Source: a virus
Lineage: Duplodnaviria > Caudoviricetes
Virus record (IMG/VR): IMGVR_UViG_3300028591_000011
Coordinates: 1-64,000 of that record
Length of the DNA: 64,000 nt
Reading direction: 5' to 3' (one strand)
Shown here: positions 14,136-24,691 of the stretch, one piece after another
Layout: each line of letters begins with the position of its first letter
Position numbering within the stretch: position 1 is the first letter of the stretch
Notes under the pieces: generated by a model
Seen by the model: the letters and a program-made list of their open reading frames with translations, nothing else
The model's database searches: none
Told to the model about the DNA's origin: nothing
Translations under genes and position numbers: made by a program

Positions 14136-15833
14136 ATGCATTTAGAAATTAAACAAAATATAAACAAAACGGAGATCGTAGATCCATCAGTAATAAGCAA
14201 ATTATACGAGTTGTCTTATGAGGATTAGTAGAACGGAACTGTTAGTTAGTTAGATTCTACAAGCGATGTACAAGGACGCATAGAGACTGTTGCTGCAGAT
14301 GAAGACGAAGTAAGATACCTCGCAGGCATAGATCCTGGTGATGTTAAACGGTTTTAGAATCTTTATATAACAGTTCCAAATAATAGCTATTATATAAATA
14401 TCGAAGATCCCGCCACGAAAGCTATTTGTGTTGCTTTGTGGGGTGGTGCTGATGGTGGTACTGCTGCCGCTAGCAGTCGTGTCAACAATACAAAGATACC
14501 AGGTGCTGCTGGGGAACTGACTTATGCACAGGCGGCAAGCATCAAGTATTTTCCTAGTAATGCTTTTACGAATAATACAAGCATTATAGACGCGAGCGTT
14601 TTTCAGTATTTTACTAATCTGACAAATTTTAGTGAAAACGCTTTTTTGAACTGCTCATCGTTGAAGAATCTCACAATTCCAGCTAATTTTACTGCGTTTT
14701 AGAATAATTCGTTTTATGGGTGTAGCTTACTGACCAGGGTTGATGCACTGAAGGATTTGGAAGGGTGGATGAGAATCACTACACAAAACATATACTCGAC
14801 ACCATTAACGAGACCAGTGTCTTTATATTTGAACGGTGTCGAACTAGCTGGTGAAGTTGTTATCCCTAATAGTATTACAGATATAAAAAGCTGTACTTTT
14901 TGGAACTTGCGTGCAATTACTAGTGTTGTATTTCATAACGGTATTACAAGTATTGGAGGTTATGCGTTTGCAGGAACCAGTATAGCAGGAAATCTAACTT
15001 TACCTCAGTAGCTTATTATTTTAGGTGAAAGATCTTTTTATGGTTGTACAAATATAACGAGAGTAACTATACAAAACGGGTTGAGTATTATAGGAAAGGA
15101 TGCGTTTCGTGATTGTACCTCGTTAACAAGAATAGACATACCGGCAAGTGTTATAACTATTGGCTCAGGAGCCTTCGCGAAGAACGGTGACAGTTATGAT
15201 ATATATTACAGTGGTACTTTATAGTAGTGGATGAATATTGATAAATAGTATCATATTGATGTGGGTGGTCCTTTTAATAACAACATCTTGTACATCCAAG
15301 ATGTTGTTATTACTGACGTGGTAGTACCTGCTGGTACAACTATTATAAAATAGTATGCTCTTACTAATAGTGTCAATATAACAAGTATAACGCTTCCAGA
15401 TAGTCTTCTGAGTATTGGACTAGGTGCTTTTCGTAATACAAGAATTACAAGCATTACAATACCAAACAGCGTTACGTCAATTGGTGCAGATGCGTTTCGT
15501 GATTGTATTAATCTTAGATCAATCGTTATGCCAGATTCATTAACAGAAATTTAGAGTTATGCGTTCGCAGGATGTATTACTTTGACTTCTGTGACCATAC
15601 CAAACTCGGTGACAAGCATTGGCAACTATGTTTTCTCGTAGTGCAGTAATCTTGAAACTGTAATTGTGGAAGCTGTTACACCTCCCACTTTAGGAAATAA
15701 TGTGTTTTATTACAATAAATCAAACAGAATCATATATGTTCCTGACGCAAGTGTAGATGTGTATAAATCAGCAAATGGGTGGAGTAGTTATAAAAATTAT
15801 ATAAAAGGTATTTCAGAATTGCCACAATCTTAA
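14136..15833 (+). CDS. BspA-type leucine-rich repeat (LRR_5) protein (~565 aa)
   Basis: Repeats such as 'ITIPNSVTSIGADAFRDC' and 'VTIPNSVTSIGNYVFSQC', with a C-cap 'TPPTLG...IYVPDASVDVYKSANGW'. Read through TAG. Confidence 0.85.
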
Positions 15834-15873
15834 ATATGTAATAACAGAACCCTAACTGTCTAAAATAGGGATT

Positions 15874-15960
15874 GCGTGGATAGCTCATTGGTAGAGCGGG
15901 AGACAGGCGCATAAAGCGTTTCGGAAGCACTTGAAGATGGTTCGATTCCATCTCCACGCG
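15874..15960 (+). ncRNA. tRNA-like element with intact acceptor, D and T arms but no canonical anticodon arm
   Basis: Acceptor stem GCGTGGA/TCCACGC, D arm GCTC-ATTGGTA-GAGC, T arm GATGG-TTCGATT-CCATC. The 37-nt middle has no standard 5-bp stem/7-nt loop. No encoded CCA. Confidence 0.7.
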
Positions 15961-15966
15961 CGTGTG

Positions 15967-16017
15967 ACTACAGACGTGTAGTAAGTCATATAAAAGTCCC
16001 CGACACTTTTATATGGC
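15967..16017 (+). other. Two adjacent hairpins downstream of the tRNA-like element
   Basis: ACTACA-GACG-TGTAGT (15967-15982) and GTCATATAAAAGT-CCCCGAC-ACTTTTATATGGC (15985-16017). Confidence 0.65.
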
Positions 16018-16091
16018 GCAATTAAGCAGACCTTACTGCACAATAAAGGATTATTAACATTTATTAACTTATTTTATTAACATTAATTATT

Positions 16092-17021
16092 ATGGAAAGT
16101 TCTAAAATTATGATGTTCCCTGAGATGGGGAATAATAGCATTGATCCAAACCTGCTGATGGCTCTTAACAACAACGGTGGTTTTGGTGGTAATAACTGGA
16201 TGTGGATTCTGTTTCTCTGGCTTATCTGGGGATACGGAGGCTGGGGAGGTAACGGCTTCGGTGGAAACGGAGGCAATGGATTCCTCTCTAATCAGATTGC
16301 AAACGATTCTGGTCGTGAGCTGCTGATGAACGCTATCCAGGGTAATCGTGATTCTATTAACAGTCTTGCAAACCTCTTAAACACTGAGGTCAATACTGTA
16401 CAGAATGGTATATTCACACTGAACAATGCTATTACTTCTGTAGGTACTCAGGTAGGCATGAGCGGATTGCAAATTTAGAACGCCATACAGAGTGGTAATG
16501 CATCTATCGCCAGCCAGATATGTCAGTGCTGCTGCGAGAATAGACTTGCTATTGCTAATCAGACTAATACACTGCAGTCTCAGATGGCAGCTAATCACGC
16601 TGCTGCTACACTGCAATCAGCACAGGAGCAGGCTGCTGATCAGCTTGCTGTATGTCAGCAGACCAATACGCTGGCTAATCAGGCTGAGCGCAATACTCGT
16701 GATATTGTTGATGCTATATCTGCTCAGAGTGTTATGATCAACGATAAGTTCTGTGACCTTGAGAAGAGGGAGCTGCAGAATAAGATTGATACTCTGGTAG
16801 CTGATAATGCTCTGTTACGTTCAAATGCAAATAACGCTGCTCAAACTGCATTCATTAACGAGAAATTTAATACTGTTGCTACTGAGCTCGCTGCTATTAA
16901 AGCTTCACAGCCCAATACAATCCCTGTTCAGTGGCCCAATGTTACAGCTGTAAATACTACTCCGTTTGCTGGTGGGTTTTACGCTATGAATAACTGTGGT
17001 TCTAATAGCTTCTGGAATTGA
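16092..17021 (+). CDS. Module gene A: Gly-rich/Trp-rich membrane segment + long Q/N/A coiled coil with CQCCC motif (309 aa)
   Basis: ORFs 16092 and 16584 are joined by a single TAG (16476-16478). Ends TGA. Confidence 0.85.
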
Positions 17022-17024
17022 TTT

Positions 17025-17035
17025 AGAAAGGAGGT
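17025..17035 (+). promoter_or_regulatory. Strong Shine-Dalgarno-like sequence AGAAAGGAGGT
   Basis: Lies directly upstream of ATG 17040. Confidence 0.55.
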
Positions 17036-17039
17036 AATT

Positions 17040-17396
17040 ATGTTTGGTTCTACTAATTATCCATTCAACTTCTCCAACAGAAGGGGAATACCTCTGATCG
17101 AAACTAGTTCTATAAGTGTTACGGCAGATAATGTAGTGATAAACATACCTAATAGATCGTTCAGGTGGTTGAATGATAAGGGTATTATACTACTTAGACT
17201 TAACCAGGCTATTCCCGATGGAACTACAGGTACACTGCCTGTACTGTTCTCATCAAACGATTTTACACAACCGCTTACGAATGTTGGTGGTACAGCTATC
17301 ACAGCAGCTTAGATTCTTGGTGCTGGTGTATATCTTATATACTATGACAAGAATGCTAATCTGATGCAGATGCTTACTACTTAGATTCCAGCTTAA
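17040..17396 (+). CDS. Module gene B: beta-rich hypothetical protein (118 aa)
   Basis: ORF 17040 extends through two TAGs to TAA 17394-17396. Confidence 0.8.
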
Positions 17397-17422
17397 TATT
17401 AACATTAAAACTTTATTAAATT

Positions 17423-17773
17423 ATGGTAGTTATTGAAATGCGGGATGCTGCTTACGATACAGCATTCGACCTTCTTGATGAAGCTAAACATAGCGCAAAG
17501 AAAACAAAGCTTACTCTTTGTGAGCTTGAAGACGCTATGTACGATTGCTATGAAGCATCGAAAGAGAACGAAGACGAGTGGGATAACGAAGACTCTGATA
17601 TGGAGTATCGTAATAGATATTCAACTCGTAATTATCGTCATGACGAATATGACCCAGAAGAATATGAGGATGACGAAGATACGCGTAAGCACGCTTCTAT
17701 GAGAAGAATGTCTCGTAGAGGAATGCGTGGAGGTATGCGTATGCGTCGTAATCGCATGGGACGCTTTGTTTAA
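17423..17773 (+). CDS. Module gene C: acidic protein with an Arg/Met-rich C-terminus (116 aa)
   Basis: Intact ORF ending 'SMRRMSRRGMRGGMRMRRNRMGRFV'. Confidence 0.8.
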   Translation: MVVIEMRDAAYDTAFDLLDEAKHSAKKTKLTLCELEDAMYDCYEASKENEDEWDNEDSDMEYRNRYSTRNYRHDEYDPEEYEDDEDTRKHASMRRMSRRGMRGGMRMRRNRMGRFV

Positions 17774-17780
17774 TGAGCGA

Positions 17781-17796
17781 GGGGGCTACGGCCCCC
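17781..17796 (+). terminator. GC hairpin GGGGGC-TACG-GCCCCC (terminator or stabiliser; no U-tract)
   Basis: Perfect 6-bp stem with a C(UACG)G tetraloop in intergenic DNA. Confidence 0.55.
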
Positions 17797-17817
17797 AACC
17801 TCTTAATACTTACTATT

Positions 17818-18318
17818 ATGTTTTCTACATTGAGAAAAGGAGCTTCTATCTATATACTTGATAGAAGTGCCAGACCAGAAGTAAAAGTAGGTAGCATTGA
17901 TAATGTTACAATGCCTCGTCCCATGTATCCCACATACAATCCTGCTGTTAGTGTAGGTACTAATATGCAAACTGTAGTGGATATTACGGTACGAGTAGGT
18001 GATGAAAAGAAAGAGTTTAGTGTACCTAGCAACTTATCTATACATACTTATGGAGATTATACTTTAAGTGAGAATAAAGAAGCTATGATATCAGAAGTAG
18101 ATTCTCTATTATAGCAAAGTAAGGATGTAATAGATAGTGTTGATAAACACAAAGCTGCTATAACTGCTTACGAAGATATACTTAAGACTTTAAATCCTGT
18201 ATACGCAAGAGAACAGGAACGAGAGTCTAGAATAGATAGCTTATCGTAGTAGGTAGGTGATATGCAGTCAACTCTTAAAAGGTTAGAATCAATATTATTA
18301 AGAAATGAGAACAACTAA
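17818..18318 (+). CDS. Module gene D: beta-rich N-terminus + C-terminal coiled coil (166 aa)
   Basis: Starts 'MFSTLRKGASIYILD' after the hairpin and reads through three TAGs to TAA 18316-18318. Confidence 0.75.
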
Positions 18319-18685
18319 ACACTACAGAAAGTACCAGAGATTATACGGTCCTCACTTTACAAAAGAGTTATGTGACTTTGCAGTATCTTTAATGGAAGAT
18401 GACAAAGGTCCTATAACTCCTATAACTAAACAACAATTAGAAGAAAAGTTAAAAGTGCAGAATATTACCTTAGAGTATAACAAGCTTTATGATGCTGTAT
18501 ATGTAGCAAATATGTGTAAAGCTGATTACTTAGGTAATGCTGTACCTAATAACGATTACAATCTCTGTATGTATGTAAAGAAAACTATAGATGACCCAGA
18601 TGGATATGATGGGCAACCATTCAACCGCTGGATGTCAGATATAGAGGGTATGCATATTCCAGTTGATTGGTCTGAGTTTGTATGA
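18305..18685 (+). CDS. Module gene E: helical hypothetical protein (126 aa)
   Basis: Intact ORF 'YGPHFTKELCDFAVSLM...YVANMCKADY...DDPDGYDG', overlapping both neighbours. Confidence 0.8.
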   Translation: MRTTKHYRKYQRLYGPHFTKELCDFAVSLMEDDKGPITPITKQQLEEKLKVQNITLEYNKLYDAVYVANMCKADYLGNAVPNNDYNLCMYVKKTIDDPDGYDGQPFNRWMSDIEGMHIPVDWSEFV

Positions 18686-19086
18686 CATCTTAGTATATAC
18701 AACTCGGGGACCGTGGTTGGAATGTTCTTATATATTATAATGTAGACGAATACGATTTTGTAGAGATAGTAGATTCTTTAGAGCAAATAGATTGCCCGAA
18801 AAAGGATATGAAGAAAGCACTGAGTGTACTAAAAAGAAAGAACACAGGCTTTACTTTTACAAATACTAACTACAAAATGAGCATCGTGTGTATAGGGAAA
18901 GCTAAGAATATAGGTTAGTTTGTTAATACATGTATACATGAAGCTAAACACGTATAGTCACACATATGTCAATATTATGGTATAAAAGAAGATTCCGAGG
19001 AAGCTGCGTATCTAATAGGGCATTTGGTACATAGAATGTATAAGATGCTTGAAAAGATACTGAGAATGTATGTTAACATTATATAA
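18682..19086 (+). CDS. Module gene F: small zincin-like metallopeptidase (134 aa)
   Basis: ATGA overlap with gene E. HEAKH at 18937-18951 with downstream 'EEAAY'. Three in-frame TAGs, so it is absent from the ORF track. Confidence 0.7.
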
Positions 19087-19087
19087 C

Positions 19088-19606
19088 ATGTTTGACATTA
19101 AAGGTGATAAAATATCTCTCAATACCGAAGACTTAGCTATACCACCGTTTAGAGATCATTACAACAGTGCAAAGGATAAGTCTTCGGCGTTGAAGGAGAT
19201 TGAATACGTAGTATGGCTACATAAATGGAATACTCCATACGAAGCATACCCATTAGAAACAAGGGCTGCTACTGTAGCTAAAGACGTATTTGGAGATAGT
19301 AAATATGTACCTACTGCAGAGGTTAAAGAGTTAGAAAAGCGTTTTATAGAGTTTTAGGAAACGCCTGGAACTAGATTACTTTCAGCTTCATAGACTGCAG
19401 CAGAGGGGCTTATAGCTGCCCTAAACGACTACTCTTAGGGTAACATGGATATAGATACAGCTATAAAGGTTACAAGAATATTAAAAGATGTTGGAAATAT
19501 TGTAAAGTCTCTAGACATTGCTATGAAACAGGCAAGAGCTGAGTAGTTGGAGACGGGTAAAGTAAAAGGTGGCGGTATAATAGGCCGCTACGAAATTCCA
19601 AGGTAA
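19088..19606 (+). CDS. Conserved protein upstream of TerL, putative terminase small subunit (172 aa)
   Basis: Read through TAG to TAA 19604-19606. Helical and immediately before terL; function inferred from position only. Confidence 0.55.
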
Positions 19607-19615
19607 TAAATATTT

Positions 19616-21664
19616 ATGGTAGACTTTAATAAAAAAATATACAATTCTTCAAAATTTTGTAAGCCTGCTGAGTTCTTCAAAGAACATGGATGCTATACTT
19701 TAGCACCCAGAGGCACTACAGATTATAATAACTATTGGGATAGAGAGACAGATAGATGTCTTAACGGATATGTTGCAGAAGATGGAGATGCTATTACTGG
19801 CTACCATTATTTCTATTTAAACTATTGTCCTATCATGAAATTGGTAGAAGAAGAATATACGGATAGATATGGGCAAAAACGCCTAAAGAGAAATCGTGTA
19901 TTTGAATTCCCTAATTTCTGGGACGGTGACTATTACTATTTCAATGCGATAGAAGAGGCTGAGAATGAAGGTAAACATATGGCAGTCCTTAAGTGTAGAC
20001 AAAGAGGTTACTCTTTTAAGGGGGCTAGTATGTTAGTTAGAAACTACGAACTCATCCCAGGGTCTAAGAACTTTGCGGTAGCTTCAGAACAGAAATTCCT
20101 AGTTGGTGACGGAATTCTTACAAAAGCTTGGCAAATAATGGACTTCGTTGACAAGAATACAGACTGGTCAAAACAACGACTTACTGCTACTCGTATGGAG
20201 CGTGTATCTGGATTCAAAGTTAAAGATGAGTTTGGTAAAGAAACTGAACAAGGCTATTTATCTTCCATCACAGGTATTACACTGAAGAATGACCCAGAAC
20301 GCCTTCGTGGTACTCGTGGTAAGCTTGTACTATTTGAGGAAGGTGGTAAGTTCCCGGGTCTTGAAACAGCGTGGCAAATCGAACGTCCTGCTGTAGAAAC
20401 TGACGACGGTGTAGCTTTTGGTTTACTTATAGCATTTGGTACAGGTGGTACTGAAGGTGCGGCGTTCGATGGACTAAAAAATATGTTCTATCACCCGGAC
20501 GCATTTAATGTACTTGGATTCCCTAACATATGGGATGACAATGCAAGTAATACTAAATGTGGATTCTTCTCTCCATCTTACTGGAATCTAGAGAGTAAAG
20601 ACGGATCTTGTATAGATCCAGATGGTAATAGTAAGAAAGATGTCGCTATTGAAAGATTAATAGCTGAAAGAAACAAAGTACGTGACGGCGGAGCTTCGTA
20701 GGAAGCTATAGATAGATTCATATCAGAACGTCCCATGAAGCCTGCAGAAGCGTGCTTGGAATTAGGAAAAAATATATTTCCTAAAAAGCTTTTGATGGAC
20801 CAACTAACTAGAATAAGAACAAACGAAAAGCTTAAAAACATGAAGCATGTGGTTGACTTATTTTGGGATGGAAATGGTATGGTAAAAGCTACAGAAAAGA
20901 AATCTGGCGATATAACAGAATATAAACCTGATAAACGAGATGACAAACCAAGAGGATCAGTAGTTATCTGGGAATACCCAATCCCAGATGCCCCATTCGG
21001 ATTATACATTGGCGGTTGCGACCCATATGATCATGACGAGTCGTTCACTAACTCGTTAGGATCGACGTTTATTTTTAAAAGAGTTAGAGCAGGAGAAGCT
21101 TGGAACGACGTAATCGTAGCCGAATATACGGGAAGACCAGACACAGCCGAAGAGTATTATGAGAATGTACGTAAACTGTTAACATTCTATAATGCTAGGC
21201 TGCTGTTTGAGAATGAACGTAAAGGTATATATCCGTACTTTACAAACAAACACTGTGACTACTTGCTTGCGGATCAGCCAGATAAGATAATTACAGAGAT
21301 ATTTAAAGATAGTCGTGTACAGCGTAGAAAAGGCTGCCATATGACAAAACAAATAAGAGCCTACGGAGAGGGTCTGATATTAGAATGGCTAATGGAAGAA
21401 TATGAGCCTGGGCACTTAAATATAGAAAGGATATACAGTGAACCGTTGCTTGAAGAACTTATAGAAACAGATGGTGTAAAAAACGTAGACCGTGTGATAG
21501 CTCTATGTATGGTAATGATATATAGAGAAGAGTTATATCAAGTAAAGGTGTCAGCTGCAAAAGAAGAAAATAAACAGGTTGAACTCTTCGAGCTACCTTT
21601 GTTCAGTAGACAATGGTTTGCTGATACGTAGCCACAAGACGACATACCGTTATTTAGTTTTTAA
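19616..21664 (+). CDS. terL: Terminase large subunit (682 aa)
   Basis: Walker A-like 'LKCRQRGYS', Walker B 'VLFEEGG', nuclease 'GCDPYD' and 'DRVIAL'. ORFs 19616 and 20735 join at TAG 20699-20701. Confidence 0.92.
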
Positions 21665-21670
21665 CGATAT

Positions 21671-21907
21671 ATGAAAAACATCTGGAAATGGATTAAAGAT
21701 AGTCATAGGTTATAGCATCTACTTGGAGGTATTGCAATAGGTGCGTTATCTTCTGACTGGTATTGTGCAGGCTTAGCAGGAATTAGTACTGCAGGCGCTA
21801 TGGAATTTAAAGATTATTAGTGGGGAGGAAAGCCTGACATTATTGATTTTATAATCACATTGACTGGAGTATTTATTGGATTTGGATTTAAATTTTGGAT
21901 ATTATGA
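21671..21907 (+). CDS. Small membrane protein (78 aa)
   Basis: 'HLLGGIAIGAL...AMEFKDYQWGGKPDIIDFIITLTGVFIG'. Two TAGs; ends TGA. Confidence 0.7.
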
Positions 21908-22155
21908 TAAAGAAGATTTATGACTCTTGGTTTACCAATGCATTATTTGCAACAGGTGCCGTACTTATGGGGTTGTATGGGGATTTCGCTCTTATACCTT
22001 CAGATATTTGTTATGGTGTATTCTTAGGAGCTGCCGGTTCATTTCTTGGTGAGGTAATAAAGAAGTTGACTCTTAAGAGAGATTGGACATCTAAGGGTAT
22101 GATTATAGGAGCCCCAATCGGAGCTATAGCAGGTATGGGTGTGTGTCTTGTGTAA
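21904..22155 (+). CDS. Small membrane protein (83 aa, about 3 Gly-rich TM segments)
   Basis: ATGA overlap with the upstream gene; hydrophobic Gly-rich helices. Confidence 0.7.
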   Translation: MIKKIYDSWFTNALFATGAVLMGLYGDFALIPSDICYGVFLGAAGSFLGEVIKKLTLKRDWTSKGMIIGAPIGAIAGMGVCLV

Positions 22156-22205
22156 ATATAAATAAACATCGCGGTTTGTGTGCGTTTGTTTTAAAATAAA
22201 TCAAA

Positions 22206-24689
22206 ATGGTTAAAATAGAAGATAATTTATATAATTCGAACTTCCCGCAACAGAAGCTGCCGCTTAAAAAGAAGACAGAGCAGTGGCAACATGATTGTGT
22301 GGATTATATCATAGGAGAAGGAAATGTAGTATCCGGTGGTATGAGTAAGACTAGGTTCGGAGAGATACAAACCTATTATAACCTTTATAATTCAATATTC
22401 GATGAGAAAGATTTTAAACGTATCACAAACCCGTTTAAAGTCGAAGATGGATTTCCAGCAACACCTCAAGATTTCAATATAATAAGGCCTAAGGTAGACC
22501 TCCTTATAGGTGAAGAGACAAAGAGGCCGATGAACTTCAGAGTAGTTAGGACATCCTAGGAAGCTGCTTCAGAACTCATGGATAAAGAAAAAGAGATGCT
22601 TATGTAGTACATGATGGCTGCAGTAACATCTAAAATGGGAGAAGAAGAAGCTGCTCAATTTTAGCAATAGTTGTAGTCTGGGGAGATAATGCCTCCAGAA
22701 GGTATTGCTAAATACATGCAGAAGGATTATAAAGACGTTATAGAGAATACAGCATATCATACACTTACATATCTTAGAGAAAAGTTAAACTTAGATAATG
22801 AGTTTATTAAAGGTTGGAAAGACGCTCTTATATCTGGTACAGAGATATATTATGTGGGTGTACTCAACGACGAACCTTATTTGGAGAGAGTAAATCCAGT
22901 CTTCTTTTCTTACGATCAATCTCCAGATTTAGAGTTTATAGAAGATGCTTCATGGTGCTGTAGAAGAATGAGGTTACCGGTAGCAGAAGTATACGATAGG
23001 TATTACAACAAGCTCAGTGAAAAAGATTTAAACAAGCTTCAAGAAATGCTAACTGGTAGACCTTCTAACGATATGGGTGACAAAGATAAGACGGATAACT
23101 TTGGTATACAAATGCATATTTATGACAACCCCATATTCGATCAGAAGACTCGTCATAATATAAATGTATGGCATTGCTGCTGGAAATCATTTAAAAAGAT
23201 ATACTACGTTACGTATTTGGATGAATCCGGTACTCCTCAAATAGATATAGTAGACGAATCTTATAAAAAGAATGGTACAGAGGTAGACGTCACTCCTGAC
23301 TGGATTGTAGAAGTATGGGAAGGCTATAGAGCGGGTTCTGACTTATACTTCGGCATACAGCCTATTGAGTATCAGCATGTTTCAATTGATAATCCCAATT
23401 CTCAAAAGCTTCCATATACAGGAGCAATTTATAGCAACACTAATAGCAAACCAAGATCCCTTGTTAGTATACTCAAACCTCTTCAATATATGTATATTGT
23501 GCTTTGGTATAGGCTTGAACTCGCTATTGCGAGAGATAAGGGAAAGGTAGTGAACATGGATATTACTTAGATACCTAAGTCCATGAATATAACTCCAGAT
23601 CGTTGGATGCATTATTTGTCTAGTGTTGGTGTAAACTTTATTAATCCGTATGAAGAAGGTTGGAATGTTCCTGGACGAGAGGGAGGCAAACCTGCTACAT
23701 TCAATTAGATTACGTCGTTAGATTTGACTATGTCTAATGTAATCGCTGAATATATTCAGTTGATGGACAAGATAGAACAGCTCGCAGGAACTATATCTGG
23801 TATTACAGAACAGCGTGAAGGTGCTATTAGTTCTAACGAACTTGTAGGAAACGTAGAGAGGTCAGTAGTACAGTCTTCACATATCACAGAACCTTTGTTC
23901 TGGGTGCATAATCAATGTAAGCGCCACGCCCTTAATATGCTGCTAGATACAGCCAAAGGTGCATGGTCTTAGACAGGCAAAAAGAAGTTAAGTTATGTCT
24001 TCGATAATGGAGAACGTGCATATCTCGATATTGCAGATAAATTCTATTACGAGGATATGGACGTGTTTGTGAGCGACACTTCTAAAGACATGGAGAATAT
24101 ACAAAAACTACAACAGCTTATTCAACCAGCTATGTAGAATGGAGCCAGCCTCTTAGAAGCAGCTGAAGTACTTACAAACGATAACTTCAATATTATTAAG
24201 CAGAAGCTTCAAGAGATGTAGCAACGTCAGGAAGATCAGATACGTCAGCAACAGCAGGCAGAACAAGAGCAGGCTGTGCAACTGCAACAGATGCAGAATG
24301 AACAGCGACAGCAAGAGCTCATGCTTGAAGAAGCCAAGATGGAGCTTGAACGTTATAAGATTGATGCTGATAACCAGACCAAGATTGCAGTAGCTGAAAT
24401 TAGTGCATATCGTGGTACAGAAGAGAAAGATGCTAATAACAACGGCATACCCGATCCTATGGAGATAGCTAAGGATGCTACACAATAGCGTAAGATTGCA
24501 TCTGACGAGTATACTAAGCGTTATGAAGCACGTCAAAAGAGAGAGATAGAAGATCAGAAGATTCAGCTTGAAGAGAAGCGTATGAAGCACGAGATGGAGC
24601 TACAAAAGCAGAAGGATAAAGCTGCTGAAGAAAGAGAACGCATCAAGGCTAGAGCTGCTATCAGGAATAAAGTAAGCGGGGAGAAGTAA
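22206..24689 (+). CDS. Portal protein (827 aa)
   Basis: crAss-type N-terminus 'FPQQKLPLKKKTEQW', 'NIIRPKVDLLIGEE', 'EVWEGYR', Q-rich C-terminal coiled coil. Follows terL. About 11 in-frame TAGs. Confidence 0.88.
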
Positions 24690-24691
24690 TT

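Noticed and set aside
1039-15833. Diversity-generating retroelement or invertible shufflon acting on tail genes
   Set aside because: I found no reverse transcriptase, recombinase, adenine-variant repeat pair or inverted cassettes in this window by eye. A dot plot would be needed to exclude them fully.
15850-15870. Hairpin containing TCTAAA as a possible amber-suppressor (CUA) anticodon arm or permuted tRNA part
   Set aside because: CTA is not centred in a 7-nt loop on a 5-bp stem, and the hairpin lies outside the tRNA-like body. Support is insufficient.
15874-15960. Calling the element a functional tRNA-Met(CAT) or tRNA-Leu(TAA)
   Set aside because: The candidate loops CGCATAA and CATAAAG lack U33 and a correctly placed stem.
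17773-17817. Track start at 17773 for module gene D
   Set aside because: That start would translate through the GC hairpin. ATG 17818, which follows an AT-rich leader, is more plausible.
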